DNA of 13,084 bases from an uncultured Saprospiraceae bacterium (GCA_938041325.1 CALIAG010000387.1:1-13084); one strand, 5' to 3'; counted from the stretch's first letter, positions 7,455 through 12,617 are shown. Translations and numbers: made by a program. The notes: generated by a model not told the origin, from the sequence alone.

Positions 7455-8213
7455 ATGAAATACGAAATAAAAAAATTTAGGGACGGACAGGTAGCTGCAA
7501 AAATTTTGGAAGAAGGCGATCTTGAAGTCCGCATTCGCGGGAATAGTTATGAAGACCTGTTTGCCATCGCAGCTATAAAGGACGCCTGGGATGCTGAGCA
7601 TAGTATGAACAAGACGGCTACGGCACGTTTAACGATATATTGCCTTATAGGGCAGCGATCCGATAGGCGTTTTAATGCAAAAGAATCTTTTGACTTAAAA
7701 GTGATAGCAAACTTCATTAATTCGATGGGTTTTGATAAGGTAGAAATTCTACATCCGCATAGTCCCATCTCCTTGGCTTTGATAGAAAACTCTAGTAAGT
7801 TATCCCATTTTCAATACGTTCAAAAAACCTTTGAAGCTATTGGAAACCCTGTTTTGGTAAGTCCGGATGCCGGGGCTTACAAAACCACCCATGAAATCGC
7901 TGAAAAGTTGGGAGCTGATTTGGTCCCCTCAAATAAAGTTAGGGTCGATGGCGCACCACAAATAAGTATTCAGGGAGATGTAAAGGATAAAGATTGTTTG
8001 ATTGTTGATGACTTGGCAGATGGGGGTCGAACCTTCAAGTTTTTGGCAGCAGCCTTAAAAGAACAAGGCGCGACAAGGGTGTATTTGTATGTGACGCATG
8101 CCCAATTCAATTATGGTTTTGATGAGTTGAAAGAGACCATTGACCATGTGTATTGCACCAATAGTTACAAGGATATTGATGATGAATTTGTGACGCAATA
8201 TAAAATTGTATAA
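7455..8213 (+). CDS. prs: Short ribose-phosphate pyrophosphokinase (Prs) homolog (possibly Adps-like), 252 aa
   Basis: Aligns to Prs along its length: FRDGQVAAKILEEGDLEV vs Prs FSDGEVSVQINENVRG; VLVSPDAGAYKTTHEIAEKLG vs [20 protein letters not shown]; the PRPP-binding loop DCLIVDDLADGGRTFKFLAAALKEQGATRVYLYVTHAQF vs [39 protein letters not shown]. It lacks about 25 N-terminal residues relative to canonical Prs. Confidence 0.85.
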   Translation: MKYEIKKFRDGQVAAKILEEGDLEVRIRGNSYEDLFAIAAIKDAWDAEHSMNKTATARLTIYCLIGQRSDRRFNAKESFDLKVIANFINSMGFDKVEILHPHSPISLALIENSSKLSHFQYVQKTFEAIGNPVLVSPDAGAYKTTHEIAEKLGADLVPSNKVRVDGAPQISIQGDVKDKDCLIVDDLADGGRTFKFLAAALKEQGATRVYLYVTHAQFNYGFDELKETIDHVYCTNSYKDIDDEFVTQYKIV

Positions 8214-8334
8214 AGTTAGTAAGGTGCCAGAAGAACTTGTTGTGAGTGATGGGGATGGTGTAAGTTTCCGGATACGACGTATCACAAGTTCAAAGTTTGG
8301 AAGAATTGATTGCCGATCTTAAAAAGAAAATGAG

Positions 8335-8889
8335 ATGAAATATTCACTGGAATTGGTCAAACAACAATTTGATTCGAATGAAAATATGAAATTCTTGTTC
8401 TTCTGGGGACATACCCCTGCCAAGGACGGTTCGGTGACCAAAAGCTGTTTCAGTCAATGGTGGAAAGCATCTTTTAGTAAAGAAGGTGAAACCTACAAAA
8501 CTGCAGAACATTTTATGATGGCCGAAAAGGCGCGTTTGTTTCAAGCTTTGGAAATAAGAGATGAAATTATAGCCTGTGAACATCCCGCAGCAGCTAAAAA
8601 ATTAGGGCGCAAGGTGAAAGGTTTTGATGCTGATATTTGGGACGAACATAAGTACGCCATCGTAAAAGAAGCAAATATGCTAAAGTTTTCGCAGCATGAC
8701 GCTTTAAAAGACTTTTTAGTAAACACAGGAAGTAGAATTCTGGTCGAGGCCAGTCCGGTAGATAACATCTGGGGGATTGGTTTGGCGCAAGACGACCCAA
8801 AGGCCCAAAACCCTCATCTATGGCAAGGTGAAAACTTACTTGGTTTTGCGTTGATGGAAGTTCGTGATCAATTAATTAAGAATCTATGA
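8335..8889 (+). CDS. NADAR-domain protein (YbiA/DUF1768 family, NAD and ADP-ribose related), 184 aa
   Basis: Family hallmarks: FLFFWGH..SQW, AEHFMMAEKARLF, LGRKVKGFD..W, ILVEASPVDNIWGIGL. The stop overlaps the next start (ATGA at 8886-8889). Confidence 0.85.
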   Translation: MKYSLELVKQQFDSNENMKFLFFWGHTPAKDGSVTKSCFSQWWKASFSKEGETYKTAEHFMMAEKARLFQALEIRDEIIACEHPAAAKKLGRKVKGFDADIWDEHKYAIVKEANMLKFSQHDALKDFLVNTGSRILVEASPVDNIWGIGLAQDDPKAQNPHLWQGENLLGFALMEVRDQLIKNL

Positions 8890-9422
8890 AAAAATATGCG
8901 GCGCTCTTCGGAGGTTCTGGAAACGATACGAATTCCAAAGAGTATCTTGAAACAGTTGAAATAGGTTCTTTTTTGACCAAACAAGGTTATATAGTAAAGA
9001 ACGGTGGATATGGCGGCATGATGGAAGCAGTTTCAAAAGGAACGACCGAATCCGGTGGCAGCGCAATTGGAGTTACATGCAAACAAGTGGGTCCTGCCGA
9101 GGGAAACCAGTATTTATCAGAGACGATAGTTACTGAGAAATTGTATGACAGACTCAAATTGTTGATCGAAAACACTACGGTTTTTATTGTACAGCGAGGT
9201 GGCATTGGAACACTTTCCGAGGTTTTTTTGGCTTTGGATATTATTCGGAAAGAGCCCAAATTATGGCAGCCTAAATTATATTTTGTGGGATACATTTGGA
9301 ATGATGTAGTGGCTTCTTTGAAAGCAACTTTAATTCCGGAGTACGAGCATGATTTATTTCAAATCGTAAAAGATTCCGAAGAACTATATCAACGAATATG
9401 TATAGATTTTCCTAAAAACTAA
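8886..9422 (+). CDS. LOG-family (TIGR00730, lonely-guy-type) Rossmann-fold nucleotide N-glycosidase-like protein, 178 aa
   Basis: Motifs GGYGGMMEA (GGGxGxMxA) and RGGIGTLSE (PGGxGTxxE) characteristic of LOG/SLOG proteins. Translationally coupled to the NADAR gene. Confidence 0.85.
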   Translation: MKKYAALFGGSGNDTNSKEYLETVEIGSFLTKQGYIVKNGGYGGMMEAVSKGTTESGGSAIGVTCKQVGPAEGNQYLSETIVTEKLYDRLKLLIENTTVFIVQRGGIGTLSEVFLALDIIRKEPKLWQPKLYFVGYIWNDVVASLKATLIPEYEHDLFQIVKDSEELYQRICIDFPKN

Positions 9423-9424
9423 AA

Positions 9425-9450
9425 AATGCGCTAGCTTTCACCAGCGCATT
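9425..9450 (-). terminator. Hairpin terminator between convergent genes; U-tract on the minus strand, so primarily terminating the SPFH gene
   Basis: aatgcgct-agctttcacc-agcgcatt (8-bp stem) preceded on the plus strand by aaaaaa (i.e. followed by UUUUUU on the minus strand). The SPFH stop is at 9458. Confidence 0.6.
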
Positions 9451-9457
9451 CACAAAT

Positions 9458-10558
9458 CTATTTATTGACGGAGAAAATCTCCTTCAATTGTTTTACCATA
9501 CCCCCGTTTCCAGAGACGGTAATCTCGCCGATTTTCTCGGCGATCTTCTCCACGTATTCCATTTCCTTCAGTTTGAAGAGCATTTCGTTGTCTTCCATCA
9601 GTTTTGCGGTGTTCAGCAAGCTTCTGGTAGACGCCGTTTCTTCACGTCGGGTAATGATATTCGCTTGGGCTCTCTTCTGAGCCACCAAAACTTGGTTCAT
9701 GATATCCTTCATTTCACCGGTTAGGATCACGTCACGAATACCGCAACTCAAAACTGCAACACCCAATTGGGTGGCCGCTGTCTTGATATCACCGAACACA
9801 GCTTCCGCGATGCTTTCTTTTCGCTCTAGAAGTTCATCTAGCGTATAGGTGCCGATATACGCACGCAATACCAACTGCATTGCAATGTACAACTGCTTCT
9901 CGTAGTCTTTGCTACCCAGCAAAGCCTTTTCGATATCGATAACCTTATACTGCGTATAGAAGTTGATACGAATGGCGGCCTTGTCTTTGGTCAGCAGTTC
10001 TTGACCAGAAATCTCCAATTGCAATTGACGCATATCCGCCTTGGCAATTTTGATAGGGATGTCATTTTTCCAGAAATGGTAGGTACCACTTTCCAGCGTT
10101 TTGACATAAACATCATCGACCAAAAGGACTGCTTTTTCATATGCCGCAACTTCCAAAACACGAACGTAAGTACGCAATTGTGCATGGCTCAACATCGCTT
10201 TGCCAATAGCCTCGGTGATATAGATCTTACTCAAATCGGCCATCACGAACTTGTAGTTCATCAAACCTTTCCAGAAGGCGTATTTACCGGCTGTAAGTAC
10301 TTGCTTCAAGTTTCCGTTTTCGGAAACCAAAGCCAGTTCAGCATCTTTTACTTCGATGATATGCAACATAGCATCCAAGCCTTGGTCCTGTAGCAAGATT
10401 TCTAATGCTATAGGAGCAACAAAGGCTTTGGTAAGGTCATAAACCTTAACCATATTTCTAAAGCCTACCCAATGCGTACCTTGGGTAATCACTTTTTGGT
10501 AGTCGCCTCTTTTAAAGACCAAACCTACTTTTCCTGCATTGATTCTTACTCTTTTCAT
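9458..10558 (-). CDS. SPFH/band-7 (stomatin/prohibitin/flotillin-like) domain protein, 366 aa
   Basis: SPFH-like core (LTKDKAAIRINFYTQYKVID, LRAYIGTYTLDELL) followed by the A/E/R-rich coiled segment typical of the family (QKRAQANIITRREETASTRS). Convergent with the NAD-salvage operon. Confidence 0.8.
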   Translation of the reverse strand: MKRVRINAGKVGLVFKRGDYQKVITQGTHWVGFRNMVKVYDLTKAFVAPIALEILLQDQGLDAMLHIIEVKDAELALVSENGNLKQVLTAGKYAFWKGLMNYKFVMADLSKIYITEAIGKAMLSHAQLRTYVRVLEVAAYEKAVLLVDDVYVKTLESGTYHFWKNDIPIKIAKADMRQLQLEISGQELLTKDKAAIRINFYTQYKVIDIEKALLGSKDYEKQLYIAMQLVLRAYIGTYTLDELLERKESIAEAVFGDIKTAATQLGVAVLSCGIRDVILTGEMKDIMNQVLVAQKRAQANIITRREETASTRSLLNTAKLMEDNEMLFKLKEMEYVEKIAEKIGEITVSGNGGMVKQLKEIFSVNK

Positions 10559-10890
10559 TACTTAAAATTTGTGTCCGCCAGTCTGCTGACGGACGAACGG
10601 GTTAAACTATTATCATGTATTACTATTTATTTCATTTTTTAAAAACAGTAGGTGCATATCATCTTTCTGATACGGAAATACTGGTTTTTGATACTGCTTG
10701 CAATTCGTTTTGTAGCATGCTTCCAATTGTGTTATTGATAAAATATTCATCAATTCTCCAGAAAGAAGGATGACCAAAAAGGGTTTTGCCTTTCGCATCA
10801 AAAAATCACCATTTCAAAGTAGCTTCATGATTGTCTTTGCTTCCCTTAGGAAACAATTACCGATTTACAGCTACTGCTTTTTGTCATTTT

Positions 10891-10905
10891 AAGCCCAACG
10901 GGCTT
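10891..10905. other. Small perfect hairpin aagccc-aac-gggctt at the proximal edge of the tRNA region
   Basis: 6-bp stem seen directly. It is flanked by short T-runs on the plus strand, but there is no clear U-tract in the minus-strand (tRNA) direction. Confidence 0.3.
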
Positions 10906-10936
10906 GGAGATCAGTTTTAAAAGATGATCGGCTTTA

Positions 10937-10981
10937 GGCTACATTATGAGTGTAGTGCTCTACCAACTGAGCTAAAGGGCC
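10937..10981 (-). pseudogene. Orphan 5' fragment of a tRNA with anticodon CAT (Met/Ile2-type): acceptor, D-arm and anticodon arm only
   Basis: Minus strand reads GGCCCTT-TA-GCTC-AGTTGGTA-GAGC-A-CTACA-CTCATAA-TGTAG-CC, then continues TAAAGCCGATCATC with no T-arm. Confidence 0.7.
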
Positions 10982-10989
10982 TAAAAAAG

Positions 10990-11055
10990 TGGCCTCTTGC
11001 AGGAGTCGAACCTGCGCGTCCTTCTGTTGTTCTAACCTAACTGAACTACAATCCC
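10990..11055 (-). pseudogene. Chimeric/degenerate tRNA remnant: 5' acceptor and D-arm of one tRNA (GGGATTG...) joined to a T-arm/acceptor of another; the anticodon arm is missing
   Basis: Minus strand: GGGATTG-TA-GTTC-AGTTAGGTTA-GAAC-A, then ACAGAAGGACGC, then GCAGG-TTCGACT-CCTGC-AAGAGGCC-A. The 3' acceptor strand cannot pair with the 5' strand. Confidence 0.55.
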
Positions 11056-11061
11056 ATTTGG

Positions 11062-11087
11062 GACTGATGGGATTCGAACCCATGACT
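11062..11087 (-). pseudogene. Orphan tRNA 3' fragment (T-arm plus acceptor: ATGGG-TTCGAAT-CCCAT-CAGTCCC-A); possible att-site remnant
   Basis: A canonical T-loop GTTCGAATC with the 3' acceptor strand but no upstream cloverleaf. Its acceptor (CAGTCCC) would pair with the GGGATTG 5' fragment that follows 3 nt later, suggesting tandem copies that are each partly deleted. Confidence 0.55.
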
Positions 11088-11089
11088 CA

Positions 11090-11400
11090 CAGAGTGGTGA
11101 TTGTTTTTTGGAAAACAATCGAAACCATCAAGTCAAGTTGTACATGAAGACAGTATACCTCTCGGCAAAACTCCATACAATAGTGCCCTACAGAAACACC
11201 CAACAAGACCCGCTTGATATCTTTATTCCCGCAAAGGCGGGAATCTCTATTTTAATGAACTTTTGTAAAAGCCTCACAACACTCCTTGTTGTTATGAGGC
11301 ACTACCACAAACTATGTTTTCACAAGCTTGTTTTTAATTACATGACAAAACTGAAACAGTACTACGCAATTATTATGCGTAGTTAAAATTTCTTTTGTTT
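11090..11400. other. About 310-bp noncoding, hairpin-rich segment of unknown function between tRNA-Arg and the tRNA fragments
   Basis: Hairpins: gattgtttt-ccaa-aaaacaatc (11090-11112, 9-bp stem); ttcccgc-aaag-gcgggaa (11226-11243); cctcacaaca..tgttgttatgagg (11271-11300, bulged); actacgca-attattat-gcgtagt (11361-11383, 8-bp stem followed by tttcttttgttttt on the plus strand). The only ORF (11108-11386, plus strand) has no RBS and atypical composition. Confidence 0.4.
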
Positions 11401-11404
11401 TTAG

Positions 11405-11477
11405 TAGGAGTAGCAAGACTCGAACTCGCATTTCTAGGTTCGTAGCCCAGCGTTCTATCCAATTGAACTATACTCCT
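11405..11477 (-). tRNA. tRNA-Arg (anticodon ACG), 73 nt, canonical
   Basis: Minus strand AGGAGTA-TA-GTTC-AATTGGATA-GAAC-G-CTGGG-CTACGAA-CCTAG-AAAT-GCGAG-TTCGAGT-CTTGC-TACTCCT-A. All four stems pair. Confidence 0.9.
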
Positions 11478-11478
11478 A

Positions 11479-11555
11479 TGGTGGAACAGACAGGACTCGA
11501 ACCTGTATCGTCGAATCTTCAATCCGCCGCATTGACCATCTTTGCTACTGTTCCC
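11479..11555 (-). tRNA. tRNA-Phe (anticodon GAA)-like with an encoded CCA and an extra 5' G; the D and anticodon stems each carry one mismatch
   Basis: Minus strand (G)GGAACAG-TA-GCAA-AGATGGTCA-ATGC-G-GCGGA-TTGAAGA-TTCGA-CGAT-ACAGG-TTCGAGT-CCTGT-CTGTTCC-A-CCA. Only 1 nt separates it from tRNA-Arg. Confidence 0.7.
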
Positions 11556-11558
11556 TCT

Positions 11559-11634
11559 TGGGGTGTACTCCGGGACTTGAACCCTGTTCCTCCCATTCAC
11601 AGCGGGGCGCTTTACCAGATAAGCTAGAGACACC
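11559..11634 (-). tRNA. tRNA-His (anticodon GTG)-like with G-1:C73 and an encoded CCA, but mismatches in the lower acceptor stem and the T-stem (possibly degenerate)
   Basis: Minus strand G(-1)-GTGTCTC-TA-GCTT-ATCTGGTA-AAGC-G-CCCCG-CTGTGAA-TGGGA-GGAA-CAGGG-TTCAAGT-CCCGG-AGTACAC-C-CCA. Mismatches at C5/T68, C7/A66 and A50/G64. The D-arm is perfect and G-1:C73 is the established His identity element. Confidence 0.6.
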
Positions 11635-11646
11635 ATTTTAGAGATT

Positions 11647-11795
11647 TTTTTGAAAGGTGTCGATTATTTTTCTACGTCCCTTTTTGCGCCCCACGTTGTT
11701 AAAATTTTCTAGCGTAGCTATGGCTATGCTGGAAAATTTTGCCTAGTTGCGCACCAAAAGTGAACTGTACAAATTCTAATCACACCTTTCAAAAC
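11647..11795. mobile_element. MITE-like ~150-bp element bounded by ~19-bp terminal inverted repeats (ttttgaaaggtgtcgatt ... aatcacacctttcaaaa), inserted between tRNA-His and tRNA-Gln
   Basis: Left arm 11647-11666 and right arm 11776-11795 are reverse complements (18/19 with a 1-nt indel). The interior is AT-rich with no ORF. It is the only large spacer in an otherwise tightly packed array. Confidence 0.45.
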
Positions 11796-11803
11796 AGTCT
11801 CTG

Positions 11804-11875
11804 TAAACCCGAAAGGATTTGAACCTTTACAACAAGAATCAAAATCTTGTATGCTAACCGTTACATCACGGGTCT
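11804..11875 (-). tRNA. tRNA-Gln (anticodon TTG), 72 nt
   Basis: Minus strand AGACCCG-TG-ATGT-AACGGTTA-GCAT-A-CAAGA-TTTTGAT-TCTTG-TTGT-AAAGG-TTCAAAT-CCTTT-CGGGTTT-A. Confidence 0.85.
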
Positions 11876-11900
11876 ATTTGCAAGCCTAACAAGATTTGAA

Positions 11901-11920
11901 CCTGCCTGCCGGCAGGCAGG
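11901..11920. repeat. Perfect 20-bp palindrome CCTGCCTGCC/GGCAGGCAGG, the same hairpin as in repeat copies 1 and 2, sitting inside a 130-bp non-tRNA spacer (11881-12010)
   Basis: acctgcctgccggcaggcagg is near-identical to 4452-4473 and related to 413-433. The neighbouring hairpin ttattt-c-aaataa is at 11965-11977. Confidence 0.6.
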
Positions 11921-12031
11921 CTCATATCTCAGGGTTAGAAATGCTTTTCTGCATTCACGAACTCCTTATTTCAAATAAAATGAGCATGAGCTAAATCCTG
12001 CGTGCTATCCATTACACCATAAGCTTAATTG

Positions 12032-12148
12032 TACCCCACCCAAGATTCGAACTTGGACTTGAAGGATTTTAAGTCCAGAACTTCGTTCGGTGCCTTCGCA
12101 GAAACTGTGTTTCTGCTCGTCAATCTCTGCCAGTTGGGCTAGTGGGGC
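12032..12148 (-). ncRNA. 117-nt tRNA-like element: perfect tRNA 5' and 3' ends (7-bp acceptor, canonical T-arm) enclosing about 45 extra nt that form three hairpins; possibly an interrupted tRNA or a novel tRNA-like RNA
   Basis: Minus strand GCCCCAC-TA-GCCCAACTGGCAGAGATTGACGA-[GCAGAAAC-aca-GTTTCTGC]-GAAGGCA-[CCGAAC-gaa-GTTCtGG]-ACTTAAAATCCTTCAAGT-CCAAG-TTCGAAT-CTTGG-GTGGGGT-A. The acceptor is GCCCCAC/GTGGGGT. The segment CTGGA-CTTAAAA-TCCTT resembles a weak anticodon arm (TAA). Confidence 0.5.
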
Positions 12149-12153
12149 ATTTG

Positions 12154-12226
12154 TACAGGGAGAGAGATTCAAACTCTCAGAGTACTGGTTCTAAGCCAGC
12201 TGCGTTTGCCATTTCGCCATCCCTGC
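12154..12226 (-). tRNA. Noncanonical tRNA with Leu anticodon TAG but a class-I (short variable arm) structure and A73
   Basis: Minus strand GCAGGGA-TG-GCG-AAATGGCAAA-CGC-A-GCTGG-CTTAGAA-CCAGT-ACTCT-GAGAG-TTTGAAT-CTCTC-TCCCTGT-A. All stems pair. The variable region is 5 nt, whereas bacterial tRNA-Leu normally has a long variable arm. Confidence 0.65.
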
Positions 12227-12230
12227 ATTG

Positions 12231-12303
12231 CTGAGGCATTAGGATTCGAACCTAAAACTTCCGTGTTAACAGCACGGTACTCTACCTATTGAGTTATACC
12301 TCA
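12231..12303 (-). tRNA. tRNA-Asn (anticodon GTT), 73 nt, canonical
   Basis: Minus strand TGAGGTA-TA-ACTC-AATAGGTA-GAGT-A-CCGTG-CTGTTAA-CACGG-AAGTT-TTAGG-TTCGAAT-CCTAA-TGCCTCA-G. Confidence 0.9.
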
Positions 12304-12308
12304 CTTTG

Positions 12309-12380
12309 TACTCTGTAGGGGAATCGAACCCCTATTTCCTGATAGAAAGTCAGGCGTACTAACCGTTATACGAACAGAGC
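12309..12380 (-). tRNA. tRNA-Glu (anticodon TTC), 72 nt
   Basis: Minus strand GCTCTGT-TC-GTAT-AACGGTTA-GTAC-G-CCTGA-CTTTCTA-TCAGG-AAAT-AGGGG-TTCGATT-CCCCT-ACAGAGT-A. Confidence 0.9.
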
Positions 12381-12384
12381 AAAT

Positions 12385-12483
12385 GTCTGAGAAGCAAGAT
12401 TGACTTCGTCTTTCTTGCAACTACTCCTTGTTAATCAAATTCGAGTAAACTTGATTTGATTAAGTCGTCTGAGAAGCAAGATT
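12385..12483. repeat. 17-bp direct repeat gtctgagaagcaagatt (12385-12401 and 12467-12483); the second copy is the 3' end of tRNA-Pro, the first an orphan copy 82 bp away (att-like duplication)
   Basis: The exact 17-mer occurs twice. The spacer between them contains the inverted repeat aatcaaat...atttgatt (12434-12461). Confidence 0.65.
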
Positions 12484-12539
12484 CGAACTTGCGACCTTCC
12501 GCGTCCAAGGCGGGTAAACAACCACCGTTATCTTCCCAG
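12468..12539 (-). tRNA. tRNA-Pro (anticodon TGG) with a C1-G72 start (as in E. coli tRNA-Pro) but G8 and an irregular D-arm
   Basis: Minus strand CTGGGAA-GA-TAAC-GGTGGTTG-TTTA-CCCGC-CTTGGAC-GCGGA-AGGTC-GCAAG-TTCGAAT-CTTGC-TTCTCAG-A. The anticodon loop is CTTGGAC. The T-arm and acceptor pair, but the D-stem is weak. Confidence 0.65.
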
Positions 12540-12544
12540 TTTTG

Positions 12545-12617
12545 CAGTACCGACGGGACTCGAACCCGTACCTTCCCGATAGACAGTCGGGCGCTCTAGC
12601 CTTTGAACTACGGTACT
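12545..12617 (-). tRNA. tRNA-Asp (anticodon GTC), 73 nt
   Basis: Minus strand AGTACCG-TA-GTTC-AAAGGCTA-GAGC-G-CCCGA-CTGTCTA-TCGGG-AAGGT-ACGGG-TTCGAGT-CCCGT-CGGTACT-G. Confidence 0.9.

Noticed and set aside
9465-10393. Four short ORFs inside or antisense to the SPFH gene
   Set aside because: Fully contained in a confidently called 366-aa gene on the other strand or frame.
10613-10801. 62-aa minus-strand ORF upstream of the SPFH gene
   Set aside because: AT-rich promoter-like region. No motif. Short, with no supporting context.
11108-11386. 92-aa plus-strand ORF inside the hairpin-rich block
   Set aside because: No RBS. The stop codon lies inside a perfect hairpin. The sequence is Cys/His/Tyr/Leu-rich with no motif, and the region behaves like structured noncoding DNA.
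11062-11400. tmRNA (ssrA) hypothesis: a tRNA-like T-arm/acceptor at the 3' end followed upstream by about 330 nt of structured sequence next to tRNAs
   Set aside because: No 5' partner strand (GGGACTG/GGGGCTG-type) for the acceptor anywhere in 11100-11420. No tag-peptide reading frame ending in ..AA-stop. The 5' end of the region is occupied by a complete tRNA-Arg. Better explained as an orphan tRNA 3' fragment plus unrelated hairpins.
12032-12148. tRNA-Sec (selC) or long-variable-arm class II tRNA assignment for the 117-nt element
   Set aside because: Too long for Sec (about 95 nt) or class II (about 87 nt). No 8-bp acceptor, no 6-bp D-stem with 4-nt loop, no TCA anticodon. The extra sequence forms hairpins that do not match a variable arm.
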